From an uncultured Christensenella sp. (lineage in GTDB: Bacteria > Bacillota > Clostridia > Christensenellales > UBA1242), in NCBI GenBank assembly GCA_949293915.1, contig CASFFJ010000068.1:1-43762 (forward strand): DNA of 43,762 nt, read 5' to 3'. This document shows positions 26,595 through 35,810 of this stretch, piece by piece (position 1 is the first letter of the stretch; each line of letters opens with the position of its first letter). A model generated the notes under the pieces. It did not search any database. It saw only the letters and a program-made list of their open reading frames with translations, and was not told the origin of the DNA. Made by a program: the position numbers and the translations under genes.

Positions 26595-27152
26595 TTATAC
26601 TTCCATAATTTCCGCAATTTTCTTTTCACATGCATTATCAGCTTTTATGGTATAATTGTCTAATGATTTTTGAACATCCTTTTCAATCGTTGAATATTCA
26701 TCTTCTGTGATTTCACTATTCTTCTTCATATCTTTATATATGTCAAGAATTTCACGACGGATATTACGCATTGCAATTTTTGCTTCTTCTAATAGTTTTT
26801 TTGCTTCTTTTGCGTGTTCTTTTCTACGCTCTTCAGTCAACATTGGAAAACTAACGCGAATAATCTTACCATCATCGCTTACAGCTACACCTAAGTTCGC
26901 CGACTCAATGCCTGCACGGATGCTTTTAAGAGTAGATACATCCCAAGGTGATACAACGAGCATACGAGCATCTTGTACAACAATATTACCAGTTTGATTA
27001 ACCGGTGTTTTTGTGCCATAATAATCAACTTTGATATTTTCTATCAATTTGGGATTAGCTCTACCTACCCTTATTAACATTAATTCATCAATAAGTCTAT
27101 TAAAGCATTTAGATAATTTATCTTCATATTCTAAAAAATATTCTTCAACCAT
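26595..27152 (-). CDS. frr: ribosome recycling factor
   Basis: 185 aa with LIRVGRANPKLIENIKVDYYG and LTEERRKE...K motifs. SD ggagg is present. Confidence 0.95.
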   Translation of the reverse strand: MVEEYFLEYEDKLSKCFNRLIDELMLIRVGRANPKLIENIKVDYYGTKTPVNQTGNIVVQDARMLVVSPWDVSTLKSIRAGIESANLGVAVSDDGKIIRVSFPMLTEERRKEHAKEAKKLLEEAKIAMRNIRREILDIYKDMKKNSEITEDEYSTIEKDVQKSLDNYTIKADNACEKKIAEIMEV

Positions 27153-27196
27153 TTTATTTATTAACCTCCAAAAATAATAAATTATTTCGTAATAAC

Positions 27197-27225
27197 ATAA
27201 TAATAAATTTTACATAAAAAAGCAA
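27197..27225 (-). promoter_or_regulatory. candidate sigma-A promoter for frr-uppS-cdsA-rseP
   Basis: Minus strand: TTGCTT (27220-27225), 17 nt, TATTAT (27197-27202). Chance matches are likely in DNA this AT-rich. Confidence 0.35.
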
Positions 27226-27399
27226 CTAAAAAACATTATTAATAGTTGTTAAAATAATTTTATTATTTTTTATCTTAAGAATAATTTGAGATTTTTTAAA
27301 AAATTTAAAGTTTTTATGAAAATTTTACATTTAAAATATCATTAGATATTAAATACAAAACTTCTATACTCCCTTTTAAAATTTTTAATTATTAAGCAT

Positions 27400-27420
27400 A
27401 AAAAAACCGCTAAATAGCGG
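27400..27420 (-). terminator. rho-independent terminator downstream of tsf
   Basis: On the minus strand, CCGCU-AUUU-AGCGG is followed by U7, beginning 5 nt after the tsf stop. Confidence 0.8.
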
Positions 27421-27425
27421 ACTTT

Positions 27426-28088
27426 TTATTTCTTCATATTTGCTTGAGCAGCAACTTCTTCTGCAAAATTGTCATTGCGTTTTTCAAGACCTTCACCCAT
27501 TGTTAACAAAACAAATCGTCTAATAGTAATCTTTTCGCCAATCTTAGCTATGAAATCAGTTAATACATCTTTTACTTTCTTATTACCTTCAGGGTCTCTA
27601 ATGTAAACTTGTTCCATAAGAACAACTTCTTCATAATATTTACTGATTTTACCTTCAACGATACGGTCAACCATATTTTCTGGCTTGCCTTCATTTAACA
27701 ATTGAGTACGATAGATATTCTTCTCTTGCTCAATTTTGTCTTGTGGTACATCTGCAATGTTAACACAGATTGGTCGAGAAGCAACAACTTGCATCGCAAG
27801 GTTGTGTGCAAATTCTCTAAGTTCTGCATTTTTAGCAGCAAAGTCTGTCTCGGTGTTGATTTCAATTAAAGAAGCGTATAGTCCACCGCCGTGAACATAA
27901 CTTTCAATAAAGCCTTCTGCTGCAATTCTGCCCTCTTTCTTAGCGGCCTTTGCAATGCCTTTTTCACGAAGAATTTCAATTGCCTTATCAATATCGCCAT
28001 TAGCATCGATAAGTGCATTCTTGCAATCCATCATACCTGCGCCTGTCATATTTCTTAAATTTGATATATCTTGAACTGTAATCCCCAT
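27426..28088 (-). CDS. tsf: elongation factor Ts (short form, 220 aa)
   Basis: N-terminal UBA-like motif [16 protein letters not shown]...G..DKAIE.LREKG, and an [13 protein letters not shown] core. Confidence 0.93.
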   Translation of the reverse strand: MGITVQDISNLRNMTGAGMMDCKNALIDANGDIDKAIEILREKGIAKAAKKEGRIAAEGFIESYVHGGGLYASLIEINTETDFAAKNAELREFAHNLAMQVVASRPICVNIADVPQDKIEQEKNIYRTQLLNEGKPENMVDRIVEGKISKYYEEVVLMEQVYIRDPEGNKKVKDVLTDFIAKIGEKITIRRFVLLTMGEGLEKRNDNFAEEVAAQANMKK

Positions 28089-28104
28089 TATTACTCCTTA
28101 TTCA

Positions 28105-28917
28105 TTATTCTTCAATTTCTTCTTTGTTTTTTGCTTGGTCTTTTTCTTTCTTTTCTTTCTTTTCAGCAAGTTCGCCTTTAACCATTGCTTCCATAGACAT
28201 ATCTTCATCAGTTGCACTTAAATCGTGAAGAATAACTCCGCCTTTTGCTTCTAATATAGCATCAGTCAAAGCGCTTAAAATAAGTTTAACTGAACCAATA
28301 GCATCATCATTAGCAGGAATACATAAATCAACATCATCTGGATCGCTGTTTGTGTCAACAATTGCTACAACTGGAATACCTAAGCGTTTAGCCTCTCTTA
28401 CAGCAATATGCTCAGTGTGTGGATCAACCAAAATTATTAGACCTGGAATAGATGTCATATCTTTAATTCCATTGAGATTGTTAGCTAATTTATCGCGTTC
28501 TGCTTTAAGCTTAATAACTTCTTTTTTAGGCAACAACTCAAAATCGCCAAGCGTTTCCATATTGTTAAGCTTATTCATTCTGTCTACTCTCTTACGAATA
28601 GTGGTAAAGTTAGTCAATGTGCCACCTAACCAACGAGAGTTAACATAAAACATACCACTACGCTCTGCTTCTTGTTTAACTGTCTCTTGTGCTTGTTTTT
28701 TAGTACCAATAAACAATACCTGTGCACCTGATAAAACTTTATCCTTAATGAATACGTATGCCTCATCAATCTTCTTTGAAGTGTCCTCTAGATTGATAAT
28801 ATGAATATCATTTCTATCCGTGAAGATATATTTCTTCATCTTTGGATTCCATTTCCTTGTTTGGTGGCCGAAATGACAACCTGCCTCCAACAATTGTTTC
28901 ATTGAAATAACTGACAT
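28105..28917 (-). CDS. rpsB: 30S ribosomal protein S2
   Basis: [30 protein letters not shown] 28917 is preceded by SD aggagg; the track ORF begins at an upstream GTG. It has a Lys/Glu-rich C-terminal tail. Confidence 0.95.
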   Translation of the reverse strand: MSVISMKQLLEAGCHFGHQTRKWNPKMKKYIFTDRNDIHIINLEDTSKKIDEAYVFIKDKVLSGAQVLFIGTKKQAQETVKQEAERSGMFYVNSRWLGGTLTNFTTIRKRVDRMNKLNNMETLGDFELLPKKEVIKLKAERDKLANNLNGIKDMTSIPGLIILVDPHTEHIAVREAKRLGIPVVAIVDTNSDPDDVDLCIPANDDAIGSVKLILSALTDAILEAKGGVILHDLSATDEDMSMEAMVKGELAEKKEKKEKDQAKNKEEIEE

Positions 28918-29020
28918 AATTTTAACCTCCTGTTTTGTCTTCCCTAACACTCATTTTGCTCGTAAACCAAATGGCAACAGTCAAGCAATCATATTAGGTG
29001 CTTATTCATTGAACGTTTTT

Positions 29021-29049
29021 ATTCTAACAAATCAATGATAAATTGTCAA
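29021..29049 (-). promoter_or_regulatory. sigma-A promoter for rpsB-tsf
   Basis: Minus strand: TTGACA (29044-29049), 17-nt spacer, TAGAAT (29021-29026). This implies a ~95-nt 5' UTR. Confidence 0.6.
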
Positions 29050-29124
29050 CTATTTTTGCTAATTTTTACGATATAGCTTGTATATAGTATAGGTTCATTC
29101 TTTCAAAATACATTTGTATTCACG

Positions 29125-29152
29125 CAAAATCTGAGCGCTTTAAAATGCGCTC
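29125..29152 (-). terminator. terminator-like hairpin downstream of the DUF1292 gene
   Basis: GAGCGC-AUUUUAAA-GCGCUC (29133-29152) is followed on the minus strand by AGAUUUUG. Confidence 0.55.
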
Positions 29153-29176
29153 GAAAATGTACTATATATTAAAAAA

Positions 29177-29515
29177 CTATTTATCTTCGTCTTCTTCAAT
29201 AAGTTTTTGATAAATCTCTAAAACACCATCAATAGTTTTTTCATTAGTGACAACTGATAAATCGCCTTTTTCTTCATCAATTAAGAACAATACCCCCTCG
29301 CCTTCATTCACGCCTTGCATAGGTGTAACCGGAATTAAAATTGCATACAATTTATTGTTGTAATCTATTAAAGCAATCTGTTCGAATTCAATAGGATGAT
29401 TATTGTCATCATATAAAATCACATTCTCGTGATTGTTTTCATCCAAAATTTGTTGAATAGGATTCTTTACCCTTACTTTAGTTTTTTTCTTAATTTCATC
29501 ATTTAAATTTTTCAC
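29177..29515 (-). CDS. DUF1292 family protein (YrzB-like)
   Basis: 112 aa, acidic, with the pattern ILYDDNNHPIEFEQIALIDYNNKLYAILIP. Position directly after ruvX matches B. subtilis yrrK-yrzB. Confidence 0.8.
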   Translation of the reverse strand: MKNLNDEIKKKTKVRVKNPIQQILDENNHENVILYDDNNHPIEFEQIALIDYNNKLYAILIPVTPMQGVNEGEGVLFLIDEEKGDLSVVTNEKTIDGVLEIYQKLIEEDEDK

Positions 29516-29517
29516 TT

Positions 29518-29940
29518 TTAACTCCTTTTGATTTTATCTAAATAATCTTGCAAAATTATAGTTGCCGAAACTCTGTCTAATTTTTCCTTACGTTTACGCC
29601 AATTACGTTCGGTTTGCTTTAATATATCATCTGACATAACAGATGATAAACGCTCATCAATAAAACTAACTTTTATATCAATTTTATTTTGAATTTTACC
29701 AATAAATTCGCGTGTATACTTAGCAATATCTTGCTCTTCACCCATCATATTAAAAGGCAAGCCACAAACTAATTCATCAACGTTTTCTTTTTTAATAAGG
29801 TCGACAAAATATTGAATATCACTATCATTATGTTTAGCGTAATAGGTCGAATACGGACGCGCCAAAAATTTTGTCTCATCACTCAAAGCAATACCAATAC
29901 GCGAAATACCAAAATCTATACCCATCGCTCTCATAGTCAT
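29518..29940 (-). CDS. ruvX: Holliday junction resolvase-like nuclease RuvX (YqgF)
   Basis: MGIDFGISRIGIALSD N-terminus, DERLSS motif, and C-terminal AATIILQDYL-like SATIILQDYL. Confidence 0.9.
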   Translation of the reverse strand: MTMRAMGIDFGISRIGIALSDETKFLARPYSTYYAKHNDSDIQYFVDLIKKENVDELVCGLPFNMMGEEQDIAKYTREFIGKIQNKIDIKVSFIDERLSSVMSDDILKQTERNWRKRKEKLDRVSATIILQDYLDKIKRS

Positions 29941-29974
29941 ATTGTACCAAAAACTTCAATATAAGTAAAGCAAA

Positions 29975-30982
29975 TTAATGCAATTCTGACTTTTTGTTGG
30001 TAATGATATTGAGTTTATGGCTTTCTTTATCAATCAGCGAAATGTTGCCTTTTACACGTGTGCCAAGTTTGTAAATATAGTGCGTTGCAACATTAGATTT
30101 GTCAGTATTTTCTTTTGTTATCGCCATTGCTCTAAGTCCATTATCAAGATTGATTATAGCACCAATTGGTAAAATTTTTGCAACCACTCCTTCTACCTCA
30201 TCGCCAATATTTAGATTGTTAAATATTTCATCGATAGGGTTTATTTGAGTTTGTTTGAGTCCTACACTAATTCGCGTAAAATCTGAATTGGTGTCAATAA
30301 TTTTAAATTCGTATTCTTTATCCAATTCAACGACATCTTTTAATGAATTTAGTTTATTATAACTCGCATCACTAATTGATAATTTAGCTTTTGCACCATT
30401 ATTTAAAAGGACAATTGCATATTTATCTTCTAGTTTTATAATAGATCCTTTAACATTATCGCCAATTTCAACTGGTACAATATTGTTAGATTCCAACAAC
30501 TTACTACTGCACACCATAGATTTTTTAATGTTATCAAGTTCTATAACAATAGCAGTCACTTCTTTATCTATTAAATTGTTTGCATTCTTATAATCTTCCA
30601 ATCTGCATTGTGAGAATGGTACAAAAATTCTATAGCCCACAAATTCGCCAATTAATCCAGCTGTAGATATATTTTTAACCTTAAATGTCAATTCACTACC
30701 CACTTTAATGCTGTTTAATTTTTCTTTGTCTTCTATTGCTTTATTGACTCCTTCGTGTTTTACAACTAAACAACCTTTATCATCTATTGCGCCAGTAACC
30801 ATAACTAAAATTGCATCTCCTATTTTAAAAGCAGGGTCAAGTTCTGCTCTTGGAAAAACGCCTTCTTTAAGTCCGCCAAGCGCCACCACAACCTCAGATT
30901 TGCTTATCATAACAATAGTACCTGTGATTATATCTCCCTTGCTATATTGTGTCATACTTATATCAAAATCTTTCATTCTCAT
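29975..30982 (-). CDS. S1 RNA-binding domain protein (ribosomal protein S1 homologue, about four S1 repeats)
   Basis: Repeated S1-type units (GDIITGTIV..., GSELTFKVKN..., GDNVKGSIIKLED..., GDEVEGVVAKILPIGAIINL). Position downstream of plsC. Confidence 0.85.
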   Translation of the reverse strand: MRMKDFDISMTQYSKGDIITGTIVMISKSEVVVALGGLKEGVFPRAELDPAFKIGDAILVMVTGAIDDKGCLVVKHEGVNKAIEDKEKLNSIKVGSELTFKVKNISTAGLIGEFVGYRIFVPFSQCRLEDYKNANNLIDKEVTAIVIELDNIKKSMVCSSKLLESNNIVPVEIGDNVKGSIIKLEDKYAIVLLNNGAKAKLSISDASYNKLNSLKDVVELDKEYEFKIIDTNSDFTRISVGLKQTQINPIDEIFNNLNIGDEVEGVVAKILPIGAIINLDNGLRAMAITKENTDKSNVATHYIYKLGTRVKGNISLIDKESHKLNIITNKKSELH

Positions 30983-31581
30983 TGCTTATCTCCTTCTAGT
31001 AATGAATTCATTTTTTCGATTATCAGATTTGAATATTCATCCAAATATTCTTTATCTTTTTTCCTTGTCTCATCTGGATAGATTGGTTCGCCTATATACA
31101 GTTTTACACGCCTAAATGCTTTGATTTTGCGTGAATACATCATAGGAACAACGGGTGTATTAGTCCTGATAGAAAACATTGCTACACCTTCTTTTGCTGT
31201 TTCGCCTTCAATTTTTATAGTTTTTGCACGCGTTCCTTGTGGGAAAATACAAACCTTTTTATTCTTCTTTAACAATGCAAATATCTCTTTTACTGCCCTT
31301 GTATCTGCGCGTGTTCTATCGACAGGTACTGCACCTAATCCGCGAAAAAACCAAGTTAAAAATTTATTCTTAAACAATTCTTTTTTGGCTAAAAATCTAA
31401 ATTTCTTTCCAAATGTTATATCCATCATAACTGGATCCATATTGGACATATGATTGCACGAGATTATATAGTTTTGTTTGTTCTTTTTTAAAGTTTTGAG
31501 ATTAGATTTACCAATTTTTTTAATAGGAAAAATAATTGATAATGGTATAAATAAAATAGCAATTAAAATGTAAAATATCAT
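30979..31581 (-). CDS. plsC: 1-acyl-sn-glycerol-3-phosphate acyltransferase
   Basis: NHMSNMDP (HX4D) and FPQGTR motifs. ATG 31581 (MIFYILIAILF, an N-terminal TM helix) avoids overlap with the upstream gene; the track ORF extends to 31641. Confidence 0.85.
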   Translation of the reverse strand: MIFYILIAILFIPLSIIFPIKKIGKSNLKTLKKNKQNYIISCNHMSNMDPVMMDITFGKKFRFLAKKELFKNKFLTWFFRGLGAVPVDRTRADTRAVKEIFALLKKNKKVCIFPQGTRAKTIKIEGETAKEGVAMFSIRTNTPVVPMMYSRKIKAFRRVKLYIGEPIYPDETRKKDKEYLDEYSNLIIEKMNSLLEGDKQ

Positions 31582-31595
31582 AATGTATCCTTTAA

Positions 31596-32846
31596 TTATA
31601 AAGTCTTTATACTGTTGCCCGCAATGTATCCAGTAGACCAAGCAATTTGAAGATTGAAACCACCAGTGAGAGCATCAACATCAAGTAATTCGCCTACAAA
31701 ATAAAGATTAGGCACAAGTTTGCTCATACAGGTTTTGGTATCAATTTGTTTGACATCCACCCCACCAGATGTAACAATGGCAACATTAATATTATCTAAT
31801 GATTTTATAGAAAATTCAAATTTTTTTAAACAATTAATAATTTTTGTGCGTTCGATTTTATTAATATCCGCCATTTTCTTATTATCAATTTGTAAGCGAT
31901 TGAAAAAATATTGAATCAAACTATTAGGTAGTAAATTCGCTAAATAATTTTTTAAATCTTTCTTAGAAAATTCAATTATTTCGCGCTTTAATTTTGCATC
32001 CAATTGCTCGTACGACAATGCAGGTTTAAGGTCAATAAATATCTTTGTATTTGTGATATTTAATTTGTTGATTTTGCTTGACATTGTTAGCGCAATCGGA
32101 CCAGTAAGCGAATTGTATGTGAATAATAAATCGCCAAATTCATAAAATTCCCTGCCATTATTTGAGTAATTTAATGATACATTCCTTAATGCTAAACCAT
32201 TTAATTCAGAGATTTCTTCATTCACTACTATTGGACAGAGTGCGGACCTTGGTGTAATGATTTTATGTCCAAATTGTTCAGCAATTTTATAACCTAAATC
32301 AGTGGCACCAGTGCCAGAATATGACAGCCCACCTGTTGCAACAATTAAACTAGGTGTGGTGTATTCATAATCATAATTACACCATATATGGAACAAATTA
32401 TCTGTTTTGTTTATCTTTGTAATTTGGCTAAGCAAGACAACATCCACGCCATAATTATTCATTAAATTTGACAAAATCTTTATCACATCGCTAGATTTGT
32501 CACTGGCAGGAAACACTCTATTACCACGCTCAGTGCGAAGTTTTAATCCATTATCTTCAAAAAAAGATATGGTATCTTGAGGCGAAAATTGGTTAAGTGC
32601 TGAATACATAAATTTACTATTTGTAACTGTATTTAATAAATGATTTTCAATCGAACAATTATTTGTTATATTACACTTACCTTTTCCAGTGATGTAAAGT
32701 TTTTTGCCCAATTTTTCATTATGGTCAATAACCAATGTCTTGTGACCATTGCGTGCAGATATTATGCTAGCCATCATCCCAGATGCACCACCACCAATCA
32801 CAATACAATCATATTTTTTCATAATTTTATGATAACATTTTTTCAT
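31596..32846 (-). CDS. HI0933/YhiN (BaiN-like) family FAD-dependent flavoprotein
   Basis: YDCIVIGGGASGMMASI dinucleotide-binding motif, GKKLYITGKGKCNITN, and C-terminal FVGELLDVDALTGGFNLQIAWSTGYIAG. An alternative start is ATG 32822. Confidence 0.85.
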   Translation of the reverse strand: MKKCYHKIMKKYDCIVIGGGASGMMASIISARNGHKTLVIDHNEKLGKKLYITGKGKCNITNNCSIENHLLNTVTNSKFMYSALNQFSPQDTISFFEDNGLKLRTERGNRVFPASDKSSDVIKILSNLMNNYGVDVVLLSQITKINKTDNLFHIWCNYDYEYTTPSLIVATGGLSYSGTGATDLGYKIAEQFGHKIITPRSALCPIVVNEEISELNGLALRNVSLNYSNNGREFYEFGDLLFTYNSLTGPIALTMSSKINKLNITNTKIFIDLKPALSYEQLDAKLKREIIEFSKKDLKNYLANLLPNSLIQYFFNRLQIDNKKMADINKIERTKIINCLKKFEFSIKSLDNINVAIVTSGGVDVKQIDTKTCMSKLVPNLYFVGELLDVDALTGGFNLQIAWSTGYIAGNSIKTL

Positions 32847-32901
32847 TATTTTAGCAAGAAATTTTATAACCTTAATGTGATTATTAAAAAAATGAGTTTA
32901 T

Positions 32902-33615
32902 TTATTCACTTTTTAATGATTTTAAATATTTAATTTCTTTATTGTTTAGTTCACGATATTCGCCACGTGATAGTCCGCCTAAACGAATCTCACCAATTTG
33001 TACGCGTTTTAAGAAGACAACCAATTTATTAATTGATTCAAACATTTTGCGAATTTGCCTATTCTTCCCCTCGGTTATTGTTATCATCAATTTGCTAATT
33101 TTATCATCTCCCTCAATGTAGCGAACAGTGCAAGGTTTAGTAACATATCCCCCAATATCAATGCCCGAACTTAGTTGCTTAATTTCTTCTTTTGTAATTC
33201 CGCCTTCTATATGAACAGAATAAGTTTTTTCTACTTTGCTATTTGGTTTAGTTAAGATATTTGTAATATCGCCATCATTAGTTAAAATTAATAATCCTTC
33301 TGTGTCGTAATCAAGTCGCCCTACTGGATAAACGCGCAAATGCACGCCACGCATAAGAGACATTACTGTCTTTCTATCCTTATCATCTGACACTGTGGTC
33401 ACATAACCCTTAGGTTTATTTAATTTGTAATAAACATAGTTTGCACTAACGATCAAAGTTTTACCCATATACGACACTATATCGGTCGACTTTATATCTG
33501 TTGATAGGTCAGTTGTCTTTTTGCCATTAACTTTGATTTGACCAGATAAAATCAATTCTTCTACTTTGCGCCTGCTACCAAGCCCAGCTTGTGCTAAAAA
33601 TTTGTTAATTCTCAT
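32902..33615 (-). CDS. rluB: 23S rRNA pseudouridine synthase, RsuA/RluB family
   Basis: N-terminal S4 domain (MRINKFLAQAGLGSRRKVEELI) and catalytic GRLDYDTEGLLILTNDG. Confidence 0.9.
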   Translation of the reverse strand: MRINKFLAQAGLGSRRKVEELILSGQIKVNGKKTTDLSTDIKSTDIVSYMGKTLIVSANYVYYKLNKPKGYVTTVSDDKDRKTVMSLMRGVHLRVYPVGRLDYDTEGLLILTNDGDITNILTKPNSKVEKTYSVHIEGGITKEEIKQLSSGIDIGGYVTKPCTVRYIEGDDKISKLMITITEGKNRQIRKMFESINKLVVFLKRVQIGEIRLGGLSRGEYRELNNKEIKYLKSLKSE

Positions 33616-34744
33616 TTAATTTTTCTTCCCATAAAATTTCACTAATAGATAAAGTTTTGCTGTCAATTAATTTATCTATCTTATTCATTGTATATAATTT
33701 TATGGATTTAATCAAGCGGTTAGTGAAAAAAATTCTAATTTCTCCCACCATATCCCCTTCTTGTGCATTATCTAACTTAACTGAATATTCAATTTTAATA
33801 TCATCCAATTCATTTTTCTTTAAAGTATAATAAAAGTCTTCATCCGCATATAAATACAATTTACCTGATTTTTTATCAATAATATATTCGTTGTAAATCT
33901 CGCTAAACTTATCTATAATTTTTACGCGCTCATAATCAGTAAAACTTGATTCTAACAACGCACTACTTTCTTCAAACATTGGTCCGCAATTTAATACAAC
34001 ACATACGCTAGTACGTTCATCACGTTCACACGCACTGACTAAACATCTGCCCGCTTTACTAGTAAATCCGGTTTTGACACCACAACAACCATCTAAACTA
34101 TTTAATAATTTATTCTTGTTAGTTAAATAACGCTTGTCTGATTTATTAGTAGCATCTATTACATAAGATTTAGTTGAGACAATTTCTTTAAAAATTGGAT
34201 TATTGAGTGCATATGCTGTAATTAGTGCTAAATCATATGCGGTAGTATAATGCTCTTTATCATCAAGTCCGTGTGGATTCGTGAAGTGTGAATTTTTAGC
34301 ACCAATTGATTGCGCCATCTCATTCATAAGATTCGCAAAATTTTCTACATTACCAGCAACGTGACACGCCAATGCCACAGCGGAATCATTGCCACTGCGT
34401 AACATTAATCCGTACAAAAGGTCTTTAACTTTAATCATTTCATCTTTTCTAAGATAAATTGATGTACCATCCACTCCAATACTCTCATCTGCAACTTGCA
34501 CATAACTATCTAAATCTTGACAATGCGATAGCACAGTTATCGCAGTGACAACTTTTGTAGTGGATGCCATAGGCAATTGTGTATGTTCGTTTTTTGCATA
34601 TAAGATTCGATTGCTGTCTTTGTCTAGCACACACATTGCTTTAGCAGAACAATACTCTGCTGAAACTTCGAGTTTGTTGCGTGGTATAAAAACGAGCATA
34701 AAAATTGCAGGTAGAATAAAAAATACTAAATATTTTCTTTTCAT
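33605..34744 (-). CDS. dacB: D-alanyl-D-alanine carboxypeptidase (S11 family, DacB-like sporulation PBP)
   Basis: SxxK (ASTTKV), SGN (RSGNDSA) and KTG (KTGFT) motifs with a signal/TM N-terminus. Neighbourhood with ytfJ, scpAB and rluB matches B. subtilis dacB. Confidence 0.88.
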   Translation of the reverse strand: MKRKYLVFFILPAIFMLVFIPRNKLEVSAEYCSAKAMCVLDKDSNRILYAKNEHTQLPMASTTKVVTAITVLSHCQDLDSYVQVADESIGVDGTSIYLRKDEMIKVKDLLYGLMLRSGNDSAVALACHVAGNVENFANLMNEMAQSIGAKNSHFTNPHGLDDKEHYTTAYDLALITAYALNNPIFKEIVSTKSYVIDATNKSDKRYLTNKNKLLNSLDGCCGVKTGFTSKAGRCLVSACERDERTSVCVVLNCGPMFEESSALLESSFTDYERVKIIDKFSEIYNEYIIDKKSGKLYLYADEDFYYTLKKNELDDIKIEYSVKLDNAQEGDMVGEIRIFFTNRLIKSIKLYTMNKIDKLIDSKTLSISEILWEEKLNEN

Positions 34745-35136
34745 TTCTTTTTCTCCACGAATTTCTTTAATACTTCAGTAGCATTTTTAATTAGTCCTAA
34801 ATACGCGGTAGATTTGTCTGCGTGAATGATTTTGAATTTGTCATTTTCTACTACAAAAAATCCAATTGGCGAAACAGTGAATCCGCCACCTGTACCACCT
34901 GCCATTGGGAAATCGGCAGAATTACGTTTTGCGTTCAAGTCGTTATATTCTCCGCCACCAGCAACAAAGCCAATACTAACCTTGCTGATTGGAATAATAG
35001 TACTACCATTTGGCATAGATATTGAATTGCCTACCACACAATTGACATCTACCATTGCCCTTATTTTATCAAGGGATGCATCAATTAAACTCTCTATTTT
35101 TCTGTCTTTTTCTAGTGGCACTCTTTCTTTTTTCAT
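34741..35136 (-). CDS. ytfJ: sporulation protein YtfJ/GerW family
   Basis: VDVNCVVGNSISMPNGSTIIPISKVSIGFVAGGGEY and GGTGGGFTVSPIGFFVV motifs. ATG 35136 is preceded by SD ggag; the track start 35151 is also an ATG. Confidence 0.85.
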   Translation of the reverse strand: MKKERVPLEKDRKIESLIDASLDKIRAMVDVNCVVGNSISMPNGSTIIPISKVSIGFVAGGGEYNDLNAKRNSADFPMAGGTGGGFTVSPIGFFVVENDKFKIIHADKSTAYLGLIKNATEVLKKFVEKKK

Positions 35137-35683
35137 AAACACTCCATACATTTATTAATGTATATATCAATGTGTAAATCAAGTCGAATATTGATATTCT
35201 AATTTCATTTTCAATTCGCACATTAAATATATCTTCGTTATATTTTGGCTCAACAATAACAAAAATATGTGCAGATTTTTTGTTATTTTTAATTTTTGTC
35301 AGCATTGATTTGCAGATTACATCTATACTGCCAGCGCCTACTGCAGTGACACACGAATCTAATACATACCCAAAATTTGATGTTACTGCAAATGTCAATA
35401 ACTGTATTCTAAAATAAAGTTGATTTATGAGTTCTATGATAACAATTATATTGATATTTTTGTTGCTAATTTTTTCTTTTCGTTCTTTGTTTTTATAATT
35501 TATATACACATAACCGTGTTTTATTCGAATTTTATATTCAAATTTGATTTTGTTAAATAATTGAAAAATAATTATCCCTTTTAATCTCAATATATTAAAA
35601 CGAACATCAAATTTAACTAAAAAAGGATACATAAATGATAAAATGTTAATTATTGTAAGGAAAGAAAAAATTAATCGCCACAT
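35081..35683 (-). CDS. ytfI: DUF2953-like sporulation membrane protein (YtfI-like)
   Basis: The call rests mainly on position immediately upstream of ytfJ and on the N-terminal TM helix (MWRLIFSFLTIINILSF). The track start 35746 is a TTG close to the scpB terminator, so ATG 35683 is preferred. Confidence 0.6.
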   Translation of the reverse strand: MWRLIFSFLTIINILSFMYPFLVKFDVRFNILRLKGIIIFQLFNKIKFEYKIRIKHGYVYINYKNKERKEKISNKNINIIVIIELINQLYFRIQLLTFAVTSNFGYVLDSCVTAVGAGSIDVICKSMLTKIKNNKKSAHIFVIVEPKYNEDIFNVRIENEIRISIFDLIYTLIYTLINVWSVYEKRKSATRKRQKNREFN

Positions 35684-35760
35684 ACTATTAGTATTTTTTA
35701 TTTTTGCTTTATTATTCAGTATATAAAAGAAAAATACACCAGACAATCTGATGTTTTAAT

Positions 35761-35793
35761 ATAATAAAAAATCCCTTGTTATATAGGGATTTT
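35761..35793 (-). terminator. rho-independent terminator downstream of scpB
   Basis: On the minus strand, AAAAUCCCU-AUAUAACA-AGGGAUUUU is followed by UUAUUAU. Confidence 0.75.
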
Positions 35794-35810
35794 AAGCAAT
35801 ATTATCTGAT

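Noticed and set aside
27153-27425. The AT-rich tsf-frr spacer as a possible small-ORF locus, sRNA or degraded pyrH.
   Set aside because: The longest ATG-initiated frame I could read is about 9 codons. No stable hairpins other than the tsf terminator are visible, and there is no recognisable UMP-kinase remnant by eye. I report it only as a missing-gene observation.
28918-29014. The ~95-nt rpsB 5' UTR as a possible S2 autoregulatory leader.
   Set aside because: No obvious conserved structure is visible by eye, and the described S2 leader motif is from other phyla. This needs covariance analysis before any claim.
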